IMG/VR virus record: IMGVR_UViG_3300033148_005268
Span: 1 to 53,314 of that record
Source: a virus
Lineage: Duplodnaviria > Caudoviricetes
DNA length: 53,314 nt
Strand: one strand, 5' to 3'
The translations under genes were made by a program, and so were the position numbers. The notes below the pieces were generated by a model. That model did not search any database. It was not told the DNA's origin and saw only the letters and a program-made list of their open reading frames with translations. Each line of letters opens with the position of its first letter. Positions within the stretch are counted from its first letter, which is position 1. Below, piece by piece: positions 9,651 through 18,517 of the stretch.

Positions 9651-9802
9651 GCACTGAACGTGACATAACATTTTACCTCGCCATTCGCGAGAAGCTACAA
9701 ACTGGCGATCTTTTGCTCTGGCAGAGCAAGTCAGTGCTTAGCTGGCTTATACGGAAGTTCAACGAAAACCACTATTCTTGGGGAGAAGGAAAGGGGGCTT
9801 AA
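9647..9802 (+). pseudogene. Truncated permuted papain-like (NlpC/P60, YiiX-like) gene remnant
   Basis: My translation: MSTERDITFYLAIREKLQTGDLLLWQSKSVLSWLIRKFNENHYSWGEGKGA*; matches the family N-terminus but lacks the rest. Confidence 0.4.
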
Positions 9803-9805
9803 TCC

Positions 9806-10168
9806 ATGAAACACAAAAAAAATTATGCCACTACAATCTTTTTTCTGGCATGGCTTTTGCTGTCGGGCTGCGCTGGCCTGCATCAGGTCAAGCAACATCC
9901 TGTTAAGGGCAGCTACTATGTTGCCCGGGCAACTTTCAACGATGCCCTGGAAAGCTACCTCGCGCAGCGTCCTGCCGTAACAGAGGAAGAGCGCCAGGAA
10001 ATTGAGCCTGTCTTTTTTGAAGGGAAAAGAGCCCTTGATCTTTGGGGGACGGCAATTAAAGCAGGGGACAGTGACGACATTACCGAAAAGGCTCGGGCGT
10101 ATGACTTAATCAAGACAGAATTATTCCGGGCGCTGATCCGATATGGTGTAATTGATATCAGTGAATAA
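9806..10168 (+). CDS. Lipoprotein (possible spanin component)
   Basis: Basic N-terminus, hydrophobic core, lipobox LLSGC; in lysis cluster. Confidence 0.65.
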   Translation: MKHKKNYATTIFFLAWLLLSGCAGLHQVKQHPVKGSYYVARATFNDALESYLAQRPAVTEEERQEIEPVFFEGKRALDLWGTAIKAGDSDDITEKARAYDLIKTELFRALIRYGVIDISE

Positions 10169-10352
10169 AGGAGGGGCGGCCATGCATATCTCAGAGAAAC
10201 AATTTACGTTGTTGATGATGGCCCTGGATATGGCGGCAAAATGGGCTTTACGGCAAGCTGAAGGCGACATTGATCGGCTGATTGCCGACGAGGAAGCCCG
10301 CACCGAGTCGTTAATGTCGCAGCTTGAAGGGAGGGAGGACGATGCAGTTTAA
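10152..10352 (+). CDS. Hypothetical protein (probable start 10182)
   Basis: AAGGAGG RBS before MHISEK. Confidence 0.5.
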   Translation: MISVNKGGAAMHISEKQFTLLMMALDMAAKWALRQAEGDIDRLIADEEARTESLMSQLEGREDDAV

Positions 10353-10390
10353 GTGGACTACACGATAATCTTGCCGGGGGTGATGATCCT

Positions 10391-10549
10391 ATGAAATTCG
10401 ATGACAAACAACTGGCCATCATATGCCTCTTAGCCCTGGGCCTCGCGGCGCTCTGGGCTGGTGGCACAGAATCGCTTGACTTGATTCGGGATATTGTGAT
10501 TGCAGTCGGGAGTTTTGTTACTGGAGTGAAGATTGGTGATAAGTCATGA
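10391..10549 (+). CDS. Small 2-TM protein, holin candidate
   Basis: My translation: MKFDDKQLAIICLLALGLAALWAGGTESLDLIRDIVIAVGSFVTGVKIGDKS*. Confidence 0.55.
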   Translation: MKFDDKQLAIICLLALGLAALWAGGTESLDLIRDIVIAVGSFVTGVKIGDKS

Positions 10550-10746
10550 CTGCCGTGCGTCTACAGACCGAGCGTAGCCTGCAGCAAGCCCTCTCTCTTT
10601 CCATCATCAAAGCCATCGTGAAACGCTATGGCGGCACCTGCCGAGTTGATCTTGCGACGGACACCGTATTCATAAACGTGGACAAAGACAAAGAAGCTGA
10701 GTGCGCGAAGGAGATTGAGGAAAGAGTTGGTGCGATGTGTGGCTAA
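10546..10746 (+). CDS. Hypothetical protein
   Basis: 66 aa, ATGA overlap with previous gene; last gene before the convergent junction. Confidence 0.5.
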   Translation: MTAVRLQTERSLQQALSLSIIKAIVKRYGGTCRVDLATDTVFINVDKDKEAECAKEIEERVGAMCG

Positions 10747-10822
10747 CTATTCACACGGTTCATCATCCTCACCACCTCACCCATATATAATCAAACCAAC
10801 AAAAACTGCAAAACAAAACACC

Positions 10823-11308
10823 TTAATCATCTTCAACAGCCAAACCAAACGGCACACGCCCGTTAACTATAGCCTCCCAATGATCGACTACATCCGGGTG
10901 TACTGCACCGTGCTCCGTAGACCGTAATCTTCTTTTTGCTTCTTTCTGCACCCACTTCCATGTGCTTCTTGTAATAGACATAAACATATTCCGATGCTGC
11001 GGATAAAGCAAACACTCGTAGTTCAGCAGTCTAAGTGGCTTCCCATTATAACTAGAATCCCAACCATCTAAAAACCACCAGTGAACAATACTGGCCTGAA
11101 ATCCTGACAACCCGCCTTGTGGAGACCGTTCGACTGCCCAAGCTGCTGCAACAGCCGCCGCAGCAATAGCATGAACAATTGTTCCATAATCATGCTCATA
11201 ATCCTTAGTCAACTCCCTGATAAACTCCGGGAGTTCCCCAACGGTCATATTCTTTGCACGTTTGTACCACTCCTTATGAACACCATCTACCTCAGTGATC
11301 TTCTTCAT
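10823..11308 (-). CDS. Hypothetical phage protein
   Basis: 161 aa, AAGGAGG RBS, ATGA coupling. Confidence 0.7.
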   Translation of the reverse strand: MKKITEVDGVHKEWYKRAKNMTVGELPEFIRELTKDYEHDYGTIVHAIAAAAVAAAWAVERSPQGGLSGFQASIVHWWFLDGWDSSYNGKPLRLLNYECLLYPQHRNMFMSITRSTWKWVQKEAKRRLRSTEHGAVHPDVVDHWEAIVNGRVPFGLAVEDD

Positions 11309-11670
11309 ACGCCCTCCTTTTTCAAACCGCTTATAGTAGCAATTATTTCCGGTATCGTGTGCTGTGGTAAGCCATTACCAGAACCGACACTTATAGAATC
11401 TATTACTAACTCATTAGAATCGTCGTCCGCACAAGTATCCACACAAGTTATGCAATTACTAGTAGTTCCAGTTTCATCAGCGGTTTTCACACGTTTTACA
11501 AAGTACTGCATAAAAGAGTCGGTTGGTTTGTCATAGATACGCACTTTTCTACAACCATTAGTATGACCCGTAACCGACACAACAACGTCCTTTTCCACCA
11601 CCACCCCATCGTTTACAAACGGAAAAAGACCTAATAACGGTAAACGCTTTAAAAACTGCCGCCTATTCAT
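11305..11670 (-). CDS. Hypothetical protein with twin-arginine-like N-terminus
   Basis: MNRRQFLKRLPLLGLFPF; GGAGG RBS. Confidence 0.55.
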   Translation of the reverse strand: MNRRQFLKRLPLLGLFPFVNDGVVVEKDVVVSVTGHTNGCRKVRIYDKPTDSFMQYFVKRVKTADETGTTSNCITCVDTCADDDSNELVIDSISVGSGNGLPQHTIPEIIATISGLKKEGV

Positions 11671-12013
11671 TTTTATACACCTCCAAGTATACCGGCAAAC
11701 ACCTCTTTCTTGCTTTACTAAGTATATCAAAAGTACCACGACTCTTACCGTCCCACACAACTATTAAAGCATCTGCAAACTTCAACATCTCAGCATTCCT
11801 AATAAAGCCAGCAACACGACCATATGTGTTCCAGTCTGCCTGGAAGCGCGATAATTTCACACCATTTATCTTTGCCCACAACTCCCCCAAACGATCCACA
11901 CCTTTAGCTCCACCTGAAATGATTTCCGTTACATTGAATCCAGAAGCTATCACAGCTTTTTCTACAATACTATAGTCAGTAATCGTTCTGGAACCAGCTA
12001 TTATTACTCGCAT
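11663..12013 (-). CDS. SLOG-superfamily protein (YspA/DUF2493-like)
   Basis: MRVIIAGSR...IISGGAKGVDRLGE...RNAEM...WDGKSRGT. Confidence 0.85.
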   Translation of the reverse strand: MRVIIAGSRTITDYSIVEKAVIASGFNVTEIISGGAKGVDRLGELWAKINGVKLSRFQADWNTYGRVAGFIRNAEMLKFADALIVVWDGKSRGTFDILSKARKRCLPVYLEVYKNE

Positions 12014-12311
12014 TGCTTACCCACACACATGACCGCAAGTTATCGTCGCGTGCAGTATCATCAAGCGCCAAAAAGTGCCTATCCGCTCCTACCCAAATGG
12101 TGTTTAGATTCTCGTAATGCTTTGCAATATATTCCCGAAACTTACAACAAATCTTACAAACAATATAAATCATAAAACAAAAGCACCGCACGCAAAAGTA
12201 AAGCGCTATCAACCTAATGCCCAGCACATCTACAAAAATAATTGCCCACAAACAAACAGCGAGGCAGAACGTCAGAATAAAAATAGCAAGGCAACACAGT
12301 TCAGTTTTCAT
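11976..12311 (-). CDS. Hypothetical membrane protein
   Basis: Two hydrophobic Cys-rich segments. Confidence 0.4.
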   Translation of the reverse strand: MKTELCCLAIFILTFCLAVCLWAIIFVDVLGIRLIALYFCVRCFCFMIYIVCKICCKFREYIAKHYENLNTIWVGADRHFLALDDTARDDNLRSCVWVSNASNNSWFQNDY

Positions 12312-12445
12312 GCCTCTTCCTCACAACTGTCGTAGCAGTTCCAACATGGTTCATCGCCTACATTGAACATGGTTCCATGAACGTTGCAGCCTCCAAACCA
12401 CTCACTTCGAAAATACCTACAACCAAAGCATGTATCAGTATCCAT
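12308..12445 (-). CDS. Small Cys-rich protein
   Basis: My translation: MDTDTCFGCRYFRSEWFGGCNVHGTMFNVGDEPCWNCYDSCEEEA*; coupled to both neighbours. Confidence 0.45.
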   Translation of the reverse strand: MDTDTCFGCRYFRSEWFGGCNVHGTMFNVGDEPCWNCYDSCEEEA

Positions 12446-13184
12446 CATACTTCACCACTGCCTGCACAAGCTGAAGCGTTGGACGTTGAAGCACACCTGT
12501 TGTAGAATAGTAAACAGCAACACCACCTAACAACTCCCACCCGTCCTTGAGGCGTTTCTTGACTGCTACAGGTAACTGCTCCGGAGCTTCAATCAAGACG
12601 TCATAATCAACCACTTTACGCTGTGGCCTAAAATGATTAACGGTACGCACAGGCCATGCCCAGCGTTTATAATGTCTGTTTGTACAATACACGCTTCCAT
12701 GATCTATATCCACTCCCCATACTGCAGTTGATTCGGGATAAGCATCTACAGTATTGGACCAGTAAAACCCTGGAAAGACATTCTCAAAAGGATGATCTCT
12801 TGGCAGGGCGGGGTGCTTCTGACTATAATCTATTATACTTATAAGTTCTTGAAGTTCTGGAAGTCTCCAGCCGGACCCGAGCGTTCTGCACCACGTCTTA
12901 GCATCTTCCCAAGACATCTTGCCAAAATTGGCAGCATTAACCAACCACTCTAGCCCGGTCTTTTCATCTACCCAAGTTTTCATATCAACCACTTTACGCT
13001 GTTCACCCAACGTCTCGTGCGTGACCTCAATTTGGCCTTGAGCTTTCGCATCCTGAAGGCACTTTTCGCACGGCGTAACGCGTATCTCTGTTTTACCATC
13101 GTCACGATATGCCATGGTCGTATTTATCTCGCTGCCACATTTCCCACACAGAAACACTGTAAACGATCTAATCGGCGCGCTCAT
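12435..13184 (-). CDS. Chimeric protein: Zn-ribbon + DUF1566 (Lcl/C-type-lectin-like) + DUF1737-like domain
   Basis: CxxC...CxxC; VDEKTGLEW..MSWEDAK.WC...WRLPELQEL..FYWS..WPVR; RLKDGWELLGGV..QAVVK. Confidence 0.75.
   Translation of the reverse strand: MSAPIRSFTVFLCGKCGSEINTTMAYRDDGKTEIRVTPCEKCLQDAKAQGQIEVTHETLGEQRKVVDMKTWVDEKTGLEWLVNAANFGKMSWEDAKTWCRTLGSGWRLPELQELISIIDYSQKHPALPRDHPFENVFPGFYWSNTVDAYPESTAVWGVDIDHGSVYCTNRHYKRWAWPVRTVNHFRPQRKVVDYDVLIEAPEQLPVAVKKRLKDGWELLGGVAVYYSTTGVLQRPTLQLVQAVVKYDGY
12606..13002. repeat. 19-bp direct repeat atcaaccactttacgctgt at 12606-12624 and 12984-13002
   Basis: Read directly; spacing 378 bp (in frame); both copies encode QRKVVD. Confidence 0.9.
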
Positions 13185-13566
13185 TTAGCCTCCTCTCAAT
13201 CTCCTCCGCCAGCTTCTTCGCTATCCCGATCAGGAACCAAAGCTCCTTCAGGGCGGCGCGGTATTGGGCTTCGGTCATAACGTCCATGTGTGGCCCAGCC
13301 ACTTTATCCCAATCTGCATAAGGCGTTGCTCTGCAATATGCACCACCACGACCGATATAGCGAATAGGACATTCCTCACACTTAATGTATTTCATAACGC
13401 GTGCTTTGAAAAACGGGCTTGGATGATATTTGTTGCATAAGGGGCAGTCGGTTGTCGTGTAATCTGTTTTACCCTCAAATACAATCCCGATCCATTTATA
13501 GATAGATAATACCGTCAGATCAAGATCAACGGCCAGCTTGCTTAGAGAGACGTTTTTTGCTTTCAT
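13168..13566 (-). CDS. Hypothetical Zn-binding protein
   Basis: CPLC and CEECP motifs; start uncertain. Confidence 0.55.
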   Translation of the reverse strand: MKAKNVSLSKLAVDLDLTVLSIYKWIGIVFEGKTDYTTTDCPLCNKYHPSPFFKARVMKYIKCEECPIRYIGRGGAYCRATPYADWDKVAGPHMDVMTEAQYRAALKELWFLIGIAKKLAEEIERRLNERAD

Positions 13567-13991
13567 GCTTTTTCTATCCCAAATCCTTTTCGTTTTACCC
13601 ATTCTTTTATTGTGCACAACTTCTTGCCGATACTCCACCGCAAGATTGGAGCTGCTTGAGTTATAACGCTATTGTTAACGATGATGCCAGCATACATATA
13701 CGGAGCGTTAACAATATAGAGATTTTCCTGATTTTCTAAATATTCCACAATAATATCACCATGGCATTCTTTTGGTTTACAAAAGCATCCTAGTCGCTTG
13801 CCCGCTAAGCTTAAAACTTCTGAATGGAATCTGTCGTCTTTTAGCCGTTCCGAAAACCAGGCTCGGTATTTCTTGATAACCTCTAAACGTGTCCCGTCGT
13901 TTCCGATAACGAATGGGTTGCCGAAGATAGATCCGCGACCAATGTATACATCATATGGTTCTCTGTAAAGATTTACGACTTTTGTTTTCAT
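13563..13991 (-). CDS. DUF4326-domain protein
   Basis: YDVYIGRGSIFGNPF...LAGKRLGCFCKPKECHGD. Confidence 0.85.
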   Translation of the reverse strand: MKTKVVNLYREPYDVYIGRGSIFGNPFVIGNDGTRLEVIKKYRAWFSERLKDDRFHSEVLSLAGKRLGCFCKPKECHGDIIVEYLENQENLYIVNAPYMYAGIIVNNSVITQAAPILRWSIGKKLCTIKEWVKRKGFGIEKA

Positions 13992-14620
13992 CAGAACCCC
14001 AATTCCATAATCACCCCAACCCGGTACCCGCCAAAGTCCCAACCTTCTATCACCTGCCATCCGGTCTCGCCAGGATTTCCGTCTGGTTCAAGGCCGTATG
14101 CGGAGACTTCGTGCCGTGCAATCTTCCAGGCGCCGAATAGGCCAAGCGATACATGATCGGTAAAGCGTTGCTTGTAATCCAGGCCTAGTTCCCCAGTAAA
14201 AGCATTGTCGATAGTTGCCACATAATGATCAAATCTCTCGGGTTGATACGTAGGTGCGAGATGCTGGCACTGATAGAACCACACTGGCTCCCACGCAAAA
14301 CCGTTTGGATCATATCTAGGGATGTCGTATCCGACCTTGAGATACATTGAGAAGTTGCCGATGAGGGCATGTTGATAGCCAAATCCGATTGAGTACATCT
14401 TGACATCCTGCCCCCACATTCGGAATGGGTCGATAGAACCATAAGCAAAGAAATCGTTGTGGATAACTCGAAGCTCCAGGTTTTCCAGTTCTTCGCCAGG
14501 GTTGGCCTTCAGTTCGGCATTGTTGTAGATCATCTGTGAGGTCCGCAACTGGATCTCGATGGCCGCAACTGGCATAGCAGATGCCATGACAAGTGATATG
14601 GCGATGATGATTGTTTTCAT
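13991..14620 (-). CDS. Outer-membrane beta-barrel protein
   Basis: Sec signal peptide (..PVAA), alternating amphipathic strands, C-terminal YRVGVIMELGF beta-signal. Confidence 0.7.
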   Translation of the reverse strand: MKTIIIAISLVMASAMPVAAIEIQLRTSQMIYNNAELKANPGEELENLELRVIHNDFFAYGSIDPFRMWGQDVKMYSIGFGYQHALIGNFSMYLKVGYDIPRYDPNGFAWEPVWFYQCQHLAPTYQPERFDHYVATIDNAFTGELGLDYKQRFTDHVSLGLFGAWKIARHEVSAYGLEPDGNPGETGWQVIEGWDFGGYRVGVIMELGF

Positions 14621-14988
14621 TTGTTAAGCTCCTTCCGAATGTTGTCCATCAGCTTTCGTTCTTCTTCTCCGGTCATATAACAATCTGGCTTCCTAAGCTT
14701 ATACACAATGCTAGCGAGGGTTTCCTTGATAACTGCGGAGGCCCCGAAAACGGCAGAATCAATCACCTGATCTGCGATTTTTTCGGCCAAATTTTTCGTG
14801 TCAGCGTTGAGTTTTTGCGAAAGCATTGCTGAAATTGCGGCAAAAAATTCTTGCTCAACAAACGCCTTGCTGATGGCGTCCTTTAAAGAGCTTTGGAATT
14901 CCCATTGGTTTATTGCGTCAAGAGTTGCCTTATCAAGAGCCTTCTGAATTGCATCGTTCATCTCTTCTTCGCTTACAGATATATTCAT
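14617..14988 (-). CDS. Hypothetical protein, paralogue of 14985-15275
   Basis: EEEMNDAIQKALDKA..INQWEFQS. Confidence 0.7.
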   Translation of the reverse strand: MNISVSEEEMNDAIQKALDKATLDAINQWEFQSSLKDAISKAFVEQEFFAAISAMLSQKLNADTKNLAEKIADQVIDSAVFGASAVIKETLASIVYKLRKPDCYMTGEEERKLMDNIRKELNK

Positions 14989-15275
14989 ACTGCACCACCT
15001 TTCTTCGTTTCGCCCGTGTATTCAGATTTTGTTGTCGCAGTAACAATCCTTTTCGCCAGCTTTTCGGCTATTTTTTCGCTGTTGGTATCGTTTTCAAGTA
15101 TTAGTGAAAGCGCCTCTGAAATTCTTTTCACCAATCTTTGTTCCACAATGGCTCTTAGTATCGCATCGTGTAAATCGCTTTGAAATTCCCAGCTATTTAT
15201 GACTCCATTAATTGCCTTGTCGAGCGCATTCTGGATCGCACTATTCATTTCTTCTTCTCTTATCGTGATAATCAT
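14985..15275 (-). CDS. Hypothetical protein, paralogue of 14617-14988
   Basis: EEEMNSAIQNALDKA..INSWEFQS. Confidence 0.7.
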   Translation of the reverse strand: MIITIREEEMNSAIQNALDKAINGVINSWEFQSDLHDAILRAIVEQRLVKRISEALSLILENDTNSEKIAEKLAKRIVTATTKSEYTGETKKGGAV

Positions 15276-15307
15276 GTCGCACCCCCTCTTTTATTTCGCC
15301 CGTGTAT

Positions 15308-15889
15308 TCAGACCCCACGGGCAGGGGCTTGGGGGTTATTGGGAGGAGATTTTGCCGCCATTCGTCTTCTTGTTTCAAAAGTGTCAAGCGCACATTTCCA
15401 TATATCAGAACAAATATGATCTTTTATTGTATGTGCAAACTCAAATACTTTTTGTTTTGTCTCCTTGGACCAATTAAGGGCCACCACAATGTCCATTATT
15501 ACTCGGAGATGCTCCGGCGGAAAGTCTTCCTTCCGAAGATAGGCTGCGATGCTTTCTGGTGATGTATCGCCACCATTTGCCCCAGGCTCGACGATCTTTT
15601 TTTCTGAAGGGTCTGGTATGGGTTTTTGGGAGGCTTCTTGGATTTTGTTACGCTCCTTGTGGGTGATGGATCTGTCACGTCTAGTGATGTTTGCTTTTGG
15701 CGTATCAGCCTGTCCAAACAGCAAATCTTTTAGTACAACACGCTTGTTGGTCCATCTATCAATGAGTATTAAAATATCGTAGTTATTGTTTTCGCGTAAA
15801 AATTTCAATGCCTTCTTCTTGCGAAAGAAGTATCTAAACTCCCCTTCCCAATAGTTGGTTGCTTGTGCTATCCATCTTCTGAATTTCAT
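15308..15889 (-). CDS. Hypothetical mosaic protein containing a copy of a RecT linker segment
   Basis: KIQEASQKPIPDPSEKKIVEPGANG versus RecT KIQEAAQKPNPSEKKIVDPGANG. Confidence 0.6.
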   Translation of the reverse strand: MKFRRWIAQATNYWEGEFRYFFRKKKALKFLRENNNYDILILIDRWTNKRVVLKDLLFGQADTPKANITRRDRSITHKERNKIQEASQKPIPDPSEKKIVEPGANGGDTSPESIAAYLRKEDFPPEHLRVIMDIVVALNWSKETKQKVFEFAHTIKDHICSDIWKCALDTFETRRRMAAKSPPNNPQAPARGV

Positions 15890-15920
15890 ATAAAGTCTTC
15901 CTCAATTTCTTGGCTCACAT

Positions 15921-16184
15921 TTATTTCGCTTCAATCAGGTCCAGTAAGCGCTGATACTCGTCTTCCTGTTGTAAAAGTATCAAGCGCACAGCCCCGTATA
16001 TCATAACGAACATGTCTGTATGTTTATTGTGAAAACGGCTAAATATTTGGCTTTTAGAAAAAGCCTCCATCGCGCTCAAGAGGTTTTTGCTGGCCTCAAT
16101 ATCCTTTTTTACTTGAGCGGCACGCTTTTCATAATTTGGTTTACATTCTGACGGTCCGATATCCACTTGGCTACTAAGCATCAT
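15921..16184 (-). CDS. Hypothetical protein
   Basis: 87 aa, AGGAGG RBS. Confidence 0.6.
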   Translation of the reverse strand: MMLSSQVDIGPSECKPNYEKRAAQVKKDIEASKNLLSAMEAFSKSQIFSRFHNKHTDMFVMIYGAVRLILLQQEDEYQRLLDLIEAK

Positions 16185-16253
16185 AATTCCCTCCTATTAT
16201 TCCAGCCGGTCTTCTCTGCTGCAACGGGCAAGGCTTTATATTCATCGTGTCCC

Positions 16254-16400
16254 CTAAAACTTCCGAAACAAAATCTCAAAGCTGTCTAGGTCTTCCATGG
16301 AAAAGCCGGAGATTTCCTGAAACACTTCAGGGTCGAAATTTGGCAGTTTTTTGAGCTGCTCAATCCCCTCGCGCGTAACAAGGTTTTTCCACCCTTTCAT
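16254..16400 (-). CDS. Small hypothetical protein / gene remnant
   Basis: My translation: MKGWKNLVTREGIEQLKKLPNFDPEVFQEISGFSMEDLDSFEILFRKF*; GAGGG RBS. Confidence 0.4.
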   Translation of the reverse strand: MKGWKNLVTREGIEQLKKLPNFDPEVFQEISGFSMEDLDSFEILFRKF

Positions 16401-16409
16401 ATTCCCTCC

Positions 16410-17624
16410 TTAAAATTTCCCCCCAGCAAAAGCCAGCTCGACCAGCGGCTCACACTTGGATCGTACCTCGCACTCCCGGCATTTTGCCCTCGGCAGTCGA
16501 TTTCCGTCCATCCTGGGGCACGAAACAAGACCGATGACGTTTTTGTCGTTGGCGAGCCAGGCGTCAATATCGGAGCTGTCGGGCGGACCGGGTACGGTCT
16601 GGGGTTCTGGATCAGGTTCAAGGTTGGTGGATCCAATCGGCGCTTGTGCGGTGGTAACTGGCGGTGGCTCTGCCGGATCTTCTGGTTCTTGCTGACCGAT
16701 GTTTTGTTTATCCAGCGGCCATGGGGTGCCCTTCGTTGACGGCAGGCGCTCCCATTTTTCCTTCATTTCTACGAGGTCAGCCGGAGTGGCCTGTTGGATG
16801 CTGCCGTCCTTAATCGCCTTCCAGATGGCCGAAGCATATCCGCTCCTCAATCCCTTAAATCGAGGCCACAGGTTGTATTTACCTCCTTCTGCAACATCGG
16901 CCTCATCGTCATTTGCGGCTGAGGCTTCGCCATTCGCCCCAGGATCGACGATCTTTTTTTCTGAAGGGTTCGGTTTTTGGGCGGCTTCTTGGATTTTGCC
17001 CTGTAAATCCTCTTTAGGGGCATACCTGCCGCCGCCTATCGACTCCATATCAATCACCTCTTCCCGGACCTGGAGACCTTTCAGCACATCAGCAAACCCG
17101 TCACGCAGGCACCAGGACCTTGCACGCATCTGAAGCATGCGGCGGGTGTACTGTTTCCAGGGCCCGGGCTTATCAACCAAGCCGGCCCTTTTCGCCTCGC
17201 CGTAGCTGAACTCTCGAATGATCTCTTTTTCTTTCCCCGCTCGCATCGCCATACAGATCGCGGTCCAGCCGTCGGTGTATGGCTCGCCTTTAAAGGACTC
17301 GTTAAACTCCACGAGCTTGCCGCTTGCTTGGACAAGCCCTAATGCGGCATCTCCCCAAATGCTGGGTCGGCCATTAATCACCGCTATGTTTTGGACCGCC
17401 TGCATTGGAGACAGACCAATCTCAAGGCCCATCTGGATTGCAACCGCAATAGCTTCGGGTTGCTGGATCCCTTTCGGCATCATCCCAGATTTGGCGAACA
17501 TGACGGACATGCGCCATAGCTCATCTAGGTTGCGCGGGATAAGCCCGCCCATGGATCTTGTACCAACCTGAAGCATTGGCCATGATTCTGATGTTACGAT
17601 TTCCGTGGTTTGATCTTCTGCCAT
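16410..17624 (-). CDS. recT: RecT-family ssDNA annealing protein with long C-terminal extension
   Basis: AIQMGLEIGLSPMQAVQNIAVINGRPSIWGD...GPWKQYTRRMLQMRARSWCLRDGFADVLKGL. Confidence 0.85.
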   Translation of the reverse strand: MAEDQTTEIVTSESWPMLQVGTRSMGGLIPRNLDELWRMSVMFAKSGMMPKGIQQPEAIAVAIQMGLEIGLSPMQAVQNIAVINGRPSIWGDAALGLVQASGKLVEFNESFKGEPYTDGWTAICMAMRAGKEKEIIREFSYGEAKRAGLVDKPGPWKQYTRRMLQMRARSWCLRDGFADVLKGLQVREEVIDMESIGGGRYAPKEDLQGKIQEAAQKPNPSEKKIVDPGANGEASAANDDEADVAEGGKYNLWPRFKGLRSGYASAIWKAIKDGSIQQATPADLVEMKEKWERLPSTKGTPWPLDKQNIGQQEPEDPAEPPPVTTAQAPIGSTNLEPDPEPQTVPGPPDSSDIDAWLANDKNVIGLVSCPRMDGNRLPRAKCRECEVRSKCEPLVELAFAGGKF

Positions 17625-17629
17625 AATCT

Positions 17630-18454
17630 TTAACCCCCTTCCAAAAATAGTGTTGTGTCTGTTATCGCCTGCTTGGGCGGTTTTGCCCATGGCGGCAAAG
17701 TTAAGTATTCCGGATTTTCCGGATAACTCGGCCACTCGTCTTTCTTAAGGCATCGGGCGTACTTTTCACGTAATGGATCAATCTCACACGCAGCGTGATG
17801 GATTACGTGTGGAGGTGTAAAATACACCATCACGCCATATGGCGGCTTACGCTCAACCACGATGAATACGAAGTCTTTGTGTGGCGTACCGCTTGCCATC
17901 GTAAGGCCCCAGAGATAAATGAACGCCTGCCAGTGGTATTTCAGATTCCAGGCGGTGCGCTGGAACTCCTCAATCCTAGCATCTCCGGTGGTCTTTATGT
18001 CAATCACCATACAGTTAGCGGTCACCTTGTCTGGCTTGCATTTCCACTCAAATAAGTATTTAGGATCTTTCCAGAATACTGGATCCTCAACCGGCCCAGG
18101 GGCTTTCACAAGCGCACCAGCACCAGGATGATGCCGTATCGCATCCGCCATGCCGATAACGTCCTGGGCATCGTCGTACTTCAGCATTGTCTTGCCGGCT
18201 TCTTCCGCCTCTTTTCTGAGTCGCTTCCCCTCTTTCGTCTGGTACGTCATCCCCGCCGGCAGGATCTCAAATCTAAGGTTAAATCGGTCGGGCTCTAACA
18301 CTCTACAATGAAGTGCACGCCCGAGGTCCATAGCAGCTTTTTGCTGAGGCGTTAACGGCGGTCTTGGGGCTTTGAAGTGCGCCGGCGATTTGGCGAAATA
18401 CATAAGCCCTGACTTTGATAAAGCTGGGTCTTTGAAATATTCGGCGTCATTCAT
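17630..18454 (-). CDS. recE: RecE/exonuclease VIII-like PD-(D/E)XK nuclease (DUF3799-like)
   Basis: LSKSGL..FAKSPAHF, GRALHCRVLEP, KCKPD..VIDIKTT, YHWQA..Y; adjacent to RecT. Confidence 0.85.
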   Translation of the reverse strand: MNDAEYFKDPALSKSGLMYFAKSPAHFKAPRPPLTPQQKAAMDLGRALHCRVLEPDRFNLRFEILPAGMTYQTKEGKRLRKEAEEAGKTMLKYDDAQDVIGMADAIRHHPGAGALVKAPGPVEDPVFWKDPKYLFEWKCKPDKVTANCMVIDIKTTGDARIEEFQRTAWNLKYHWQAFIYLWGLTMASGTPHKDFVFIVVERKPPYGVMVYFTPPHVIHHAACEIDPLREKYARCLKKDEWPSYPENPEYLTLPPWAKPPKQAITDTTLFLEGG

Positions 18455-18517
18455 TTGCGAAATCCTCTCTTTCTCATCTTAATTTTGTGTTTTCTAATCC
18501 TTGCCCTGACCGTCTTG

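Noticed and set aside
12435-13184. Diversity-generating retroelement
   Set aside because: No reverse transcriptase and no adenine-mismatched template repeat were seen
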